A stretch of 40,246 nucleotides of DNA from Gemmatimonadota bacterium (GCA_040389905.1 JAZJZK010000055.1:1-40246); one strand, 5' to 3'. Shown: positions 1-9,215, counted from the first letter of the stretch. Notes: generated from the letters alone by a model not told the origin. Numbers and translations: made by a program.

Positions 1-1
1 T

Positions 2-772
2 GCCGTCGGCCGAGCAGCCGGAGCCGTTGTCGTTGGTCTTGCTGATGCGCGTGTTGCGCGCTGCTTCCTCGACGTTCGCCGTCTCATCGACGACCATCGT
101 CGCGTTGCCGGCGCCGACGCCATAGGCCGGCTTTCCCGAGCCGTATGCGGCGCGCACCATCGCAGGCCCGCCCGTTGCGATGGTGAGATCGCAGACGGAC
201 ATCAACTCCTTCGCGAGCGGGATGCTCGGCTTCTCCAACACCTGAAGCAAGTCTTCGGGCGCGCCAGCGGCCTTCAGTGCGGCTCGCATTGCCCGCACGA
301 CTTCCGTTGTCGTTCGTTTGCTCGACGGGTGTGGCGAGAAGATCACGGCGTCGCGGCACTTGATCGCATAGATCGCGATGCCAACGGGCGTGACGTACGC
401 GCTCGTGACGGGAACGAGTGCCGCAATGACGCCGACTGGCTTCGCGTACTTGACGATGCCACGCTCGGGAAGTTCCTCGATGACGCCGATGCTCTTCTGT
501 CGCAGTGCGTCGCGCAAAATGCCGAGGACCTTGGCGCGCCGAGTGGGCTCGCGAGTGCCCATGCCGCTTTCCTCGACGCTCATGTTGGCGAGGCGCATCG
601 AGATCTCGTCGTTGCCACCGGCCCACGCGACAGCTCGGCACAGCCGGTCAACGGTGTCCTGATCGTACGAGTCGGCAATGCGCATTGCGGCACGCGCCCG
701 CTCGAGTGCCAGGCGAGCGCGTGCTTGCTCGTCGGCGGTGACGGTACGGATGGGTGTCGACGTTGCGGTCAT
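2..772 (-). CDS. Acylating (CoA-dependent) aldehyde dehydrogenase, SauS/AdhE-N-like; 3' end runs off the window
   Basis: Not in the ORF track; manual translation from ATG 772: MTATSTPIRT...KPVGVIAALVPVTS...FSPHP...ATGGPAMVRAAYGSGKPAYGVGAGN...SKTNDNGSGCSADG, motifs typical of acylating ALDHs including the catalytic Cys. Confidence 0.85.
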   Translation of the reverse strand, partial: MTATSTPIRTVTADEQARARLALERARAAMRIADSYDQDTVDRLCRAVAWAGGNDEISMRLANMSVEESGMGTREPTRRAKVLGILRDALRQKSIGVIEELPERGIVKYAKPVGVIAALVPVTSAYVTPVGIAIYAIKCRDAVIFSPHPSSKRTTTEVVRAMRAALKAAGAPEDLLQVLEKPSIPLAKELMSVCDLTIATGGPAMVRAAYGSGKPAYGVGAGNATMVVDETANVEEAARNTRISKTNDNGSGCSADG

Positions 773-804
773 ATCTGTGGCTGTTCGGGCGGCGTGCGAA
801 ACGA

Positions 805-894
805 TGTCACCCCGAGCGAGCGAAGCGAGTCGAGGGGTCTGCACCAGAAGCCCAGACTGAAAGTGCAGATCCCTCGACTTCGCTCGGGATGACA
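805..894. repeat. REP-like palindromic element, family A copy 1
   Basis: Imperfect inverted repeat tgtcac...gtctgcac / gtgcagatccctcgacttcgctcgggatgaca; this 32-bp arm is identical in the copies at 2821 and 5927. Confidence 0.9.
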
Positions 895-951
895 ATCAAA
901 CCCGTGCGCGCCGTTGACCACGGACGATAGCCAGCCTGCCACCTGATCGCA

Positions 952-970
952 GGATGTTACCGTAACCTCC
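952..970. promoter_or_regulatory. Candidate operator palindrome in the divergent ALDH/PQQ-DH intergenic region
   Basis: ggatGTTAC-c-GTAACctcc. Confidence 0.35.
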
Positions 971-1046
971 CCCGGATGTACTGGCGGGGCCAACGTCCCC
1001 CGCTAACGTCTACCAGCGAAGACCCTCCTCCAAATCCGAAGCCAGA

Positions 1047-2798
1047 ATGCGATCATTGTTGGCTGTCACCATACTGCTCGCCGGCGTAGCGTCGTCGGTG
1101 CCGGCGCAGAACAACTGGGTGTACTACGGCCAGGACCAGGGCGCGAGCAAGTTCTCCACCCTCGCGCAGATCAACGCGGACAACGTCTCCACGCTGACGC
1201 GCGCCTGGACATTTCACACCGGTAATCCCGCGGGCTTCTTCGAAAGCACACCGCTCGTCATCGATGGCGTGATGTACTTGTCGGCGGGCAACGCGTTCTT
1301 CGCCCTCGATGCAATCACCGGCACGCAACTCTGGAAGTACGCGGCGAACCAGACGACGCGCCGCGGCGTGTCGTATTGGCCAGGTGACGCGCGCACGCCC
1401 GCGCGCATCGTCGCCACGGCGGGTGACCAACTCGTCGCGCTCGACGCGAAGACGGGCGTTCCCGTGCCCGGCTTCGGCACTGGCGGCTTCGTCGAGATGG
1501 GCTCGGACGCGCCGTCGCCGCCAGCTGTCTACAAGGACCTGCTGATCACTGCGGGCGGAAAGCCCGTCATCCGCGCATGGAACGCACGCACCGGTGCGCT
1601 CGTGTGGACGTTCAACCTCATCGCGCAGCCGGGTGACCCGGGGCACGAGACGTGGGAGAACGACGCCTGGAAGACCATCGGCGGCACCAACGTCTGGGGA
1701 TATCTCTCGATCGACGCGGAGCGCGGAATCGTCTACGCGCCGAACTCGATTGCCGGCAGTGACTACGTCGGCGTCACGCGGCCGGGAAACAATCTCTACG
1801 GTACATCGCTCGTCGCGATCGATGCGAATTCCGGGAAGCTGAAGTGGTTCCAGCAATTCGTGCATCACGACATCTGGGACAACGATCTTGGCGCAGCGCC
1901 GACGTTGTTCGACGTCGTGAAAGACGGCAAGCGAATTCCCGCAGTTGCCGAGATCACGAAGATGGGACTGCTGTTCATGTTTGATCGCACAAATGGGACG
2001 CCGATTCACGGTATCGAAGAGCGCCCGGTACCGCAGAGCGACGTGCCCGGCGAAAAGACGTCGCCGACGCAGCCGTTCCCGATCAAGCCAGCACCGCTCG
2101 CGCGCAACTCGATGAAGAAGAGCGATCTTCCAACCGGCATCACACCGGAGCACACGGCGTACTGCCAGAATCTCTGGGACACCTACAAGCTTCAGGACTC
2201 CGGCCCGTACACGCCGTGGGGATTCAACCGTGATGTCGTTGTCCATCCCGGTGCTGTGGGCGGTGGGAACTGGAATGGTGTGACGTACAACGCGCCGCTC
2301 GATCTCATCATCACCAACGTGATGAATGCCGGACAGTGGGGGCACGTCGAAGCGAGCGGAACGTCATTCAGAAAGGTGACTCCGGTTGGGGGCCGTTTCT
2401 GGGAGCCGCGCACGCGCTACTCGTGCGTCAATCCGCCATGGGGCGAGCTCGTGGCGGTCAAGGCGAGCACCGGCGACATCGCGTGGCGCGTACCACTCGG
2501 CATCTTCGAGGAACTTGAAGCGCGCGGCATCAAGACCGGGACTCCGAGCCTCGGCGGAGCAATCTCCACTGCGGGTAATCTCGTCTTCATCGGCGCGACG
2601 ATCGACAGCCGTTTCCGCGCGTTCGATGCGCGGACTGGCAAGGAGCTCTGGGTGGACAAGATCGAAGCGCCGGCGCACTCGATTCCGTCGACATTCATGG
2701 GCAAGGATGGCAAGCAGTATGTCGTGGTCTCGGCCGGTGGCGGTGGATTTCTTGGCAGCCCGCGATCGGATGTCGTCATCGCGTATCGTTTGAAGTAG
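1047..2798 (+). CDS. Exported PQQ-dependent dehydrogenase (quinoprotein glucose dehydrogenase-like, no N-terminal TM domain)
   Basis: Signal peptide; ESTPLVIDG, RGVSYW, HHDIWDND, PPWGEL, GKQYVV motifs and Trp docking repeats. Confidence 0.9.
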   Translation: MRSLLAVTILLAGVASSVPAQNNWVYYGQDQGASKFSTLAQINADNVSTLTRAWTFHTGNPAGFFESTPLVIDGVMYLSAGNAFFALDAITGTQLWKYAANQTTRRGVSYWPGDARTPARIVATAGDQLVALDAKTGVPVPGFGTGGFVEMGSDAPSPPAVYKDLLITAGGKPVIRAWNARTGALVWTFNLIAQPGDPGHETWENDAWKTIGGTNVWGYLSIDAERGIVYAPNSIAGSDYVGVTRPGNNLYGTSLVAIDANSGKLKWFQQFVHHDIWDNDLGAAPTLFDVVKDGKRIPAVAEITKMGLLFMFDRTNGTPIHGIEERPVPQSDVPGEKTSPTQPFPIKPAPLARNSMKKSDLPTGITPEHTAYCQNLWDTYKLQDSGPYTPWGFNRDVVVHPGAVGGGNWNGVTYNAPLDLIITNVMNAGQWGHVEASGTSFRKVTPVGGRFWEPRTRYSCVNPPWGELVAVKASTGDIAWRVPLGIFEELEARGIKTGTPSLGGAISTAGNLVFIGATIDSRFRAFDARTGKELWVDKIEAPAHSIPSTFMGKDGKQYVVVSAGGGGFLGSPRSDVVIAYRLK

Positions 2799-2820
2799 CT
2801 GTTGCGGGCAGGAGACGGAC

Positions 2821-2910
2821 TGTCACTCCGAGCGAAGCGCAACGAGTCGAGGGGTCTGCACCTCACAACCAGGCGAACGTGCAGATCCCTCGACTTCGCT
2901 CGGGATGACA
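2821..2910. repeat. REP-like palindromic element, family A copy 2
   Basis: Same arms as 805-894 with a different loop. Confidence 0.9.
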
Positions 2911-2932
2911 ACACTGACACCGAGGCATACCA

Positions 2933-3808
2933 ATGAAGCGATCCGAGTTTCTCCGAAGCGTTGCGCTCGGCATTCCAGCCGTGAGCCTGTTACCACTTGA
3001 GGCGACAGCCGCGCGGATAGAGCAACAAGCGCCGCCACAACAGGGCACGCGCAAACGAGTCCTCGCCTGGGCCGACACACGGAACGGCATCGCCCAGCAC
3101 GCCTCGGTGTCGCATGCGCTGTCGGTGATCGAGCGGCTCGGCTACGAATCCGGAGCGTATGACACGTTCATCCGCACCGACTCGAACATCATCTCGAAAA
3201 AGCCGCTCATGACGACCGGCCAGGCGGCGAGCGGCGGGCCAAGCCTCGCCAACGTGGATGCAATCTTCTTTCTCGGCCACCGTGAAGTCGAGCTGACGCC
3301 AGAACAGAAGACCGACCTCATTTCATTCGTGAAGGACGACGGCAAGGGGTTCGTGTCCGCGCACACGGCAACGACCGCATTCCTGAGCTGGCCCGAGTTT
3401 GGTGAGTTGATCGGCGGGCGGTACGACGGTCATCCGTGGGGAAGCGCCGCCGGAACGATCATCAATGAGGATCCAACGTTTCCCGCGACGAAGCACTTTC
3501 CCGCGACCTTCCCGTTCACGGACGAGTTCTACCAGACCATGGACTACTCGCGCGAGAAGATTCGCCCCGTCCTGCGGCTCGACGTGTCGAAGATGCCGCC
3601 GAATGCGGGCGTGCATCGCAAGGACGGCGACTTTCCACTGGCATGGGCGGCGAACGTTGGGAAAGGGCGCGCGTTCTACTCGAGCCTCGGCCATGCCGCG
3701 ACCACGTGGGACAACCCCGACGTGCAGAAGATGTATTTCGAGGCACTGCGCTGGGCACTTCGGCTCACCGATGGCGACGCGACGCCACGCGCGTACAAAC
3801 CAGCGTGA
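2933..3808 (+). CDS. ThuA-like domain protein with Tat-like signal
   Basis: GKGFVSAH, GGRYDGHPW, DEFY, GKGRAFYSSLGH motifs; N-terminal KRSEFL. Confidence 0.85.
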   Translation: MKRSEFLRSVALGIPAVSLLPLEATAARIEQQAPPQQGTRKRVLAWADTRNGIAQHASVSHALSVIERLGYESGAYDTFIRTDSNIISKKPLMTTGQAASGGPSLANVDAIFFLGHREVELTPEQKTDLISFVKDDGKGFVSAHTATTAFLSWPEFGELIGGRYDGHPWGSAAGTIINEDPTFPATKHFPATFPFTDEFYQTMDYSREKIRPVLRLDVSKMPPNAGVHRKDGDFPLAWAANVGKGRAFYSSLGHAATTWDNPDVQKMYFEALRWALRLTDGDATPRAYKPA

Positions 3809-5049
3809 CGCCATCGCGTCGTGACGGCCGGCGCAAGCTGCTGGCGTTCACCTTCGTCCTCTCGCTGATCACGTTCATCGATCGCGTGGCCATCGGCGCG
3901 GCAGCGCCGGCGATTCGTGACGAGTTGCACATCGGACCAGCGCAGATGGGTTGGATCTTCAGCGCGTTCACGTTCGCATACGCCGCGTTCGAGATCCCGA
4001 GCGGGTGGCTCGGCGACGTCATCGGGCCGCGAAAGGTCCTTACGCGTATCGTGCTGTGGTGGTCTGCGTTCACCGTGGCAACCGGAGCGGCGTGGAATTT
4101 CGCATCGCTCGTGGCGGCGCGCCTGCTCTTCGGCGCCGGGGAAGCGGGCGCATACCCGAACATGTCGCGCAGCTTTGCCCGCTGGTTTCCACCCTCCGAG
4201 CGAGGGTTTGCACACGGCATCGTCTTCATGGGCAGCCGAGTGGGCGGCGCGTTCGCCCCACCGCTGGTAGTCTTGATCATCGCTGCGGCCGGATGGCGCA
4301 CCGCGTTCTTTGCGTTCGGATCGCTCGGTGTGATCTGGACTGTCTTCTGGTGGCGGTGGTTTCGCGACCGGCCGGAAGATCATCCCGGTGTGAGCGCAGA
4401 GGAGCTCGCGGCAATTCGCGCGGAGCCAGTCGCGGAGCAACGAGCGGTTGCATGGCGTGACTTGTTGAACGGCAACCTCCTCGTGCTGTGCATGATGTAT
4501 TTCTGCGTCATCTACGGACTCTATTTCTACCTCACGTGGATGCCGACCTATTTCAAGGAGGCGCGCGGGTATTCGGCGGCGCAGGCGGCGGGACTGTCCG
4601 GGATGGTATTGCTCACCGGAGGCGTGGCGAGCATCGCCGGTGGTTGGCTCACCGATCGCCTAACGAAGCGATATGGCCTCAAGGTTGGCCGCTCGATCGG
4701 CGCCATTGCGCTACCGCTTGCCGGGCTCGCGCTCATCACCGCGGCAGTGACGTCACACCCGATAGCGGCCGCCGCATGCTTCGCGCTGGCGACAGCGATG
4801 GGCGACCTGTCGCTGAGCCCGTCGTGGGCGATGTGCCATGACATCGGCGGCGACGCGGCTGGCCGAGTGAGCGGCGCGATGAATACCTTCGGCAATCTTG
4901 GTGGTGCGCTCAGCCCGCTCGTGGTTGGTTACGCGCTCGAGTGGACGGGGAAGTGGGAAGCGCCGCTCATCATTGGCGGAGTCGTCTACGTTGCCGGCGG
5001 GCTGTTGACACTCTTGATCAATCCGCGGCGCTCGATCGTCACGCAATAG
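3805..5049 (+). CDS. MFS transporter, anion:cation symporter (sugar-acid) type
   Basis: GTG start overlapping the upstream TGA (GTGA); FIDRVAI, EIPSGWLGD, GAGEAG, WFPPSERG motifs; about 12 hydrophobic segments. Confidence 0.9.
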   Translation: MTPSRRDGRRKLLAFTFVLSLITFIDRVAIGAAAPAIRDELHIGPAQMGWIFSAFTFAYAAFEIPSGWLGDVIGPRKVLTRIVLWWSAFTVATGAAWNFASLVAARLLFGAGEAGAYPNMSRSFARWFPPSERGFAHGIVFMGSRVGGAFAPPLVVLIIAAAGWRTAFFAFGSLGVIWTVFWWRWFRDRPEDHPGVSAEELAAIRAEPVAEQRAVAWRDLLNGNLLVLCMMYFCVIYGLYFYLTWMPTYFKEARGYSAAQAAGLSGMVLLTGGVASIAGGWLTDRLTKRYGLKVGRSIGAIALPLAGLALITAAVTSHPIAAAACFALATAMGDLSLSPSWAMCHDIGGDAAGRVSGAMNTFGNLGGALSPLVVGYALEWTGKWEAPLIIGGVVYVAGGLLTLLINPRRSIVTQ

Positions 5050-5055
5050 GAATCG

Positions 5056-5835
5056 ATGGAACCCTGGAAGACGGCACTCAGCGACCACGACGCGACGCAC
5101 ATCTGGATTCGGGGACATGACATTACGTCCCTGATGAAATCGGCGAGTTTCACCGACGTCTTCTTTCTGTTGCATCATGGCAAGCTGCCGAGCGCCGGCG
5201 AGCGTGAGCTGTTGGACGCCATGCTGATTGCCGCGGCGGACCATGGTCCAGGCTCGCCCTCGGCTGCCGCAGCGCGTTTCGCCGCGAGTGGGAATCGACA
5301 AGCGCCAGAAGCGGCGCTCTCGGCCGGGATTCTTGCGATTGGCGACGTACATGGAGGAGCCGGCCCAGCGTGCATGGAGCTCATCGCCGCGGGTGTTGCG
5401 CGCTCGCGCGAGCAGGCGATCTCCATCGAGCAGGCGGCGGATCACGCGGTAATTGATTCAATCGAGCACAAGGTTCGTGTCCCAGGACTCGGCCATCGAG
5501 CGCACGCCGTGGATCCGCGAACCGCGGTGCTGTTTGGTCTCGCAGAAAAGCATGGCATCGCCGGTAACGGTGTCCGCTTCATGGAGGCGCTCGCCGAGTC
5601 CGTGAAGCGGCGCATCAAGCCGCTCACGATCAATGTCGACGGCGCGCAGGCAGCGCTACTGCACGACATGGGCTGCGCGCCGCTCTTCGCAAAATTCCTT
5701 TTCATCATTGGCCGCTCGGCCGGGCTGACTGCGCAAGTGACGGAGGAGTACACCCGCGAGCGGCCAATGCGAATACACGTGCCCGTTACGTACGACGGCG
5801 CCCCGCCGATTCAGGAGGGCAAGCGTGATCCTTGA
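5056..5835 (+). CDS. Citryl-CoA lyase / citrate-synthase-fold protein
   Basis: ADHG, HGGAG, PGLGHR, DPR, INVDG, IIGRSAGL motifs; 259 aa. Confidence 0.85.
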   Translation: MEPWKTALSDHDATHIWIRGHDITSLMKSASFTDVFFLLHHGKLPSAGERELLDAMLIAAADHGPGSPSAAAARFAASGNRQAPEAALSAGILAIGDVHGGAGPACMELIAAGVARSREQAISIEQAADHAVIDSIEHKVRVPGLGHRAHAVDPRTAVLFGLAEKHGIAGNGVRFMEALAESVKRRIKPLTINVDGAQAALLHDMGCAPLFAKFLFIIGRSAGLTAQVTEEYTRERPMRIHVPVTYDGAPPIQEGKRDP

Positions 5836-5887
5836 GCAATGAGCAAGTCAGAGCTTGAGCTTGAGCTCGTGCTCAAAGAGCTCGAGC
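5835..5887. repeat. GAGCnn hexamer-type repeat, family C
   Basis: gcaatgagcaagtcagagcttgagcttgagct matches the reverse complement of about 21770-21800 (gcaatgagcaattcagagcctgagct). Confidence 0.65.
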
Positions 5888-5907
5888 GATTAGGTCTTGT
5901 TTAGCTC

Positions 5908-6051
5908 CAATGCTGTTCAGCTAGGCTGTCATCCCGAGCGAAGTCGAGGGATCTGCACTTGCCGCCTATGCTATGAGGTGCAGACCCTTCGACTCGCTTC
6001 GCTCGCTCAGGGTGACAATCATAGCCATGCCCGCCTAACTGAACAGCATTG
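5908..6051. mobile_element. 144-bp MITE with IS4-like ends carrying a REP hairpin
   Basis: 19-bp terminal inverted repeats caatgctgttcag(c/t)taggc (5908-5926, 6033-6051; 1 mismatch) flanked by a perfect 10-bp direct repeat tgtttagctc (5898-5907, 6052-6061). Confidence 0.85.
5927..6017. repeat. REP-like palindromic element, family A copy 3 (opposite orientation)
   Basis: tgtcatcccgagcgaagtcgagggatctgcac...gtgcagacccttcgactcgcttcgctcgctcagggtgaca. Confidence 0.9.
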
Positions 6052-6084
6052 TGTTTAGCTCAGCGCTGGAAGTGCGGCTCATGC

Positions 6085-8742
6085 TCATGAGTGCTCCCCC
6101 CTCAGCGCCTGCGTGAGCGACACCCGCGTCGCGCGACGCGCTGGCAGCCACGTCGCCCCAAGCGTCGTGACGACGAGAATCGCCACGACGAGACCAAACG
6201 TCACTGGGTCGGCGGTACCCACCGCATACACGTACGGCGCCAGCACCCGCGATGCTGCTAACGCGAGCACGCCGCCCACGACTCCGCCGATGGCGACGCC
6301 AACCGCACCAGCGCCCACCACCATGCGCGCGATCGACCCATTCGTGGCGCCAAGCGCGAGACGCACCGCTATCTCCTGCGCGCGCCGGTTCGCGGCCGTC
6401 GTGGCCACTCCATAAACTCCGGCGGCGGCGAGCACCGCAGCAACGACAGCGAACAAGGTGATGAGTTGCGTCCGGAAGCGCTCGTCGGCCAACGTCGCGT
6501 CCACGAGCGCACTCATCTCGTCGATGCGGCGAAGCGGCGCGCCCGGCGCAACCTCGGCGATGATGCTACGAATGGCGGCCGTGATTCCCGCGGCCTCCGG
6601 CATCGTGCGCACGACGAGCGACGCATCCCCGCGACGAACGAGCTGCCCGTACGGTGCATACACAATGGGAAGCGCGTCGTCGTGAAGCGTCCCAAGCCTG
6701 ACGTCGTCGACTACGCCGACGATCGTCCGCCACTTTCCCATCCACTTGATGCGCTTGCCGAGCGCGCTTTCACCAGGCCAGTCCCGTCGTTCGAGCGCTC
6801 GGCCAACGACGACCACCAACGGTGCGCCGGCATCGTCCGTTCGCGCATACGACCGCCCGCTGAGGATTCGCACGCCGGCGGTCGAGAAGTATTCCGGCGA
6901 CGTGATGCGCCGCTGCGCTTCCAGGGATGGGGCATTGAGGGAGAGCGGCCGTCCCTCGATCTCGAAGGAGCTGCTGCTCGACCCGCCCGAGAATGGTGGG
7001 GTCGTCGTGACGGCGGCGTTGACGACGCCGGGCAGCGAAACAGCGCGATCGACGAGATCGCGAACGAGGGCACGCATCCGTACGGAGTCGCCATACTGCT
7101 GCTCCGGCAAACGCAGTTGGGCCACGAGCAACTGTTCGGTGCGGAATCCAGGATCCACAGCGGTGAGCTTCTCGAAGCTCCGAATGAGCAGGCCCGCTGC
7201 GACGAGAAGCACCATGGAGAGCGCCACCTCGCAGGCAATGAGTGCTCGTTGGCTGCGTCCGCGCCCGCGTGGCGTCTGACCGCCGAGCCGCATGGTGCCG
7301 CCATCGTTGCCATGTGAGAGCGAAAGCGCGGGGATGATGCCGAAGAGCATCCCGGTTGCGCACGATACTACAAGTGCCGCGACGAGCACACGCAGATCGA
7401 CATGCACGGCGCTCAAGCCGGTAATCGTCGCCGGTGCGAATTGCACGAGGAACTTCGTGCCCGCATACGCGAGGGCGCTACCGAGGGCGCCGGCGAGCAG
7501 CGCGATGACGAGACTCTCGGTGAGCAGTTGTCGAATGACTCGCCCGCGCGTGGCACCGAGCGCGCCACGCGCCCGAAGCTCGGCCTCGCGACCAGACGCT
7601 TCGCCGAGCAGCAACGTGCCGGCATTCGCGCACGCGATGAGCAGGAGGAGGCCCGCAGCACCGAGCAGAATCAAGATTGGGCGCCGCACGGTGCGGGTCT
7701 GATCCTCCTGAAGCGGCGTGAGGCGAATGCCGTTGTCGCGGGTGTCTGTGGACGGAGGGCCATGGAGCAGACGCTCCGTTTCCGTCGCCGCCGTCGCGAT
7801 CGAAACGCCGCGCTTGAGCCGCGCAATCGTCCAGTAGTCCTGTGCGCCTGCATCGTTCGCGCGCTCAGCGTCCTGCCCGGCGGGCACCCAGTACGCAGCT
7901 TGTCCGTTGCGTTGAAGCGCCAGATCGGGCGGCAAGATGCCAACGATCGTGTACCTGACGCTGTCGATGTTCACGAGCGTTCCGAGAACCCGCCGATCAC
8001 CCGCGTAGCGTGTGACCCATGCATCGTGACTCACGAGCGCGACGGGCGCGCCGCCCACACGGTCCTCGCCTTCCGTGAAGCCTCTGCCATGCTCGGGTTG
8101 GACGCCGAGTACGGTCAACAGCGACGCACTCGCGCGAATGATGCGAAGCTCCTCTGGCGCGCCGCGGCCGGCAACGACGGTAGTTGCGGTGGTCCAGATG
8201 GCAACGGCGTCGAACGACGTTTGCGCCGTGCGCCAATCACGGAAGGCCGGCATCGAGAAGCTGCCGCGATCCCATTGCCCGGCACGCACCGGATTCGCCT
8301 TCATTTTGGGCCGTGTTTGCCACACGGTGATCACGCGATTCGCATCCGGCATCGGCAGCGAGCGGAAGAGCACGATGTCGGCAATGCTGAAGATCGACGT
8401 CGCCGCGCCGATGCCGAGCGCGAGGGTCGCCACGATGACGACGGTAAAGACACGTCGGCGACGGAGCACACGCGTGGCGAAGCGGATGTCCTGGCCGAGT
8501 GCATCGAAGAAGGCGATTCCAGACACGCGGCGGCGCTCCTCTTTGGCGTAGGTGACGTTGCCGAACACTTTCGCGGCTTCGCGCGCGGGATCGACAGATC
8601 CATCCAGGCGCTCTGCGGCACGCCGCTGGTGCTGCGCCTCGAGAGCGAGATGATGCGCGATCTCGTCATCGAGCTCTCGGCCGTACGACCTGGGGCTCAC
8701 GAGCGTCCGAATCCGATAGCGGACCGCGTCGATCAGCGACAT
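6085..8742 (-). CDS. ADOP-type duplicated ABC permease (MacB/FtsX family)
   Basis: N-terminal ELDDEIAHHL...FG...KEE, ALGIGAATSIFS, QLLTESL, DPGF, EIAVRLALGA; two MacB-PCD/FtsX halves. Confidence 0.92.
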   Translation of the reverse strand: MSLIDAVRYRIRTLVSPRSYGRELDDEIAHHLALEAQHQRRAAERLDGSVDPAREAAKVFGNVTYAKEERRRVSGIAFFDALGQDIRFATRVLRRRRVFTVVIVATLALGIGAATSIFSIADIVLFRSLPMPDANRVITVWQTRPKMKANPVRAGQWDRGSFSMPAFRDWRTAQTSFDAVAIWTTATTVVAGRGAPEELRIIRASASLLTVLGVQPEHGRGFTEGEDRVGGAPVALVSHDAWVTRYAGDRRVLGTLVNIDSVRYTIVGILPPDLALQRNGQAAYWVPAGQDAERANDAGAQDYWTIARLKRGVSIATAATETERLLHGPPSTDTRDNGIRLTPLQEDQTRTVRRPILILLGAAGLLLLIACANAGTLLLGEASGREAELRARGALGATRGRVIRQLLTESLVIALLAGALGSALAYAGTKFLVQFAPATITGLSAVHVDLRVLVAALVVSCATGMLFGIIPALSLSHGNDGGTMRLGGQTPRGRGRSQRALIACEVALSMVLLVAAGLLIRSFEKLTAVDPGFRTEQLLVAQLRLPEQQYGDSVRMRALVRDLVDRAVSLPGVVNAAVTTTPPFSGGSSSSSFEIEGRPLSLNAPSLEAQRRITSPEYFSTAGVRILSGRSYARTDDAGAPLVVVVGRALERRDWPGESALGKRIKWMGKWRTIVGVVDDVRLGTLHDDALPIVYAPYGQLVRRGDASLVVRTMPEAAGITAAIRSIIAEVAPGAPLRRIDEMSALVDATLADERFRTQLITLFAVVAAVLAAAGVYGVATTAANRRAQEIAVRLALGATNGSIARMVVGAGAVGVAIGGVVGGVLALAASRVLAPYVYAVGTADPVTFGLVVAILVVTTLGATWLPARRATRVSLTQALRGEHS

Positions 8743-8754
8743 GAGGATTGCCGT

Positions 8755-9105
8755 CTACGCGCGTCCGAGCACACGACCAATCGCCCAGATCGCGCGCTCG
8801 TAGTCGGAGACTTCCTTGCCCAGCTGACGGCGGCCAGCCGCGGTGATCGTGTAGTAGCGCGCGGAGCGACCAGTGGGCGACGCGCCAACCTTCGATGTCA
8901 CCCAACCCTTCTTCTGAAGCCGTTCGAGGGCAGGGTACAGCGAGCCGCCCTCGACACTCAGAGAGTCGTCCGTGACGCGCTCGATGTGCTGGAGAATGGC
9001 GTATCCGTGCATCGACTGCACGGTGAGCGACTGGAGGATGAGCATGTCGAGCGTGCCCTTGATGACATCACTCCGCTCGCGGGGTGTTGATGGTTTGGCG
9101 GCCAC
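8755..9105 (-). CDS. PadR-family transcriptional regulator
   Basis: GTLDMLIL, MHGYAI, GSLYPALERL, ARYYTITAAGR; typical partner of ADOP permeases. Confidence 0.92.
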   Translation of the reverse strand: MAAKPSTPRERSDVIKGTLDMLILQSLTVQSMHGYAILQHIERVTDDSLSVEGGSLYPALERLQKKGWVTSKVGASPTGRSARYYTITAAGRRQLGKEVSDYERAIWAIGRVLGRA

Positions 9106-9118
9106 GATCCGGCTCTGG

Positions 9119-9173
9119 CGATGTTGTTAAGAATAACTACCATGGATGGTAGCTATTCTATATATCGACATCG
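9119..9173. promoter_or_regulatory. AT-rich palindrome upstream of padR, likely autoregulatory operator
   Basis: gaataactaccat-gg-atggtagctattc (9131-9158, 1 mismatch) nested in cgatgttg...cgacatcg. Confidence 0.55.
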
Positions 9174-9215
9174 TGGCGTGCAAGGGAGGGCCCAGACGAT
9201 CCAGGGCTCGTCGGT

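Noticed and set aside
84..993. ORF-track calls 84-641, 329-892, 378-662 and 769-993
   Set aside because: The real gene is the minus-strand aldehyde dehydrogenase starting at 772, missed because its stop lies outside the window
1860..1890. WDND motif as evidence of a lanthanide-dependent PQQ enzyme
   Set aside because: D-x-D is also standard in the glucose-dehydrogenase-like clade, so it is not diagnostic; the vicinal Cys-Cys of XoxF/ExaF is absent
805..6017. Repeats with variable inner sequence as a possible CRISPR array
   Set aside because: Dispersed inverted pairs kilobases apart, not tandem repeat-spacer units; no cas genes
7402..9090. 562-aa plus-strand ORF (likewise 30212-31354, 32562-34076, 35698-37020, 38019-39209 and other long antisense ORFs)
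   Set aside because: Shadow ORFs antisense to well-supported genes in high-GC DNA; no recognisable motifs
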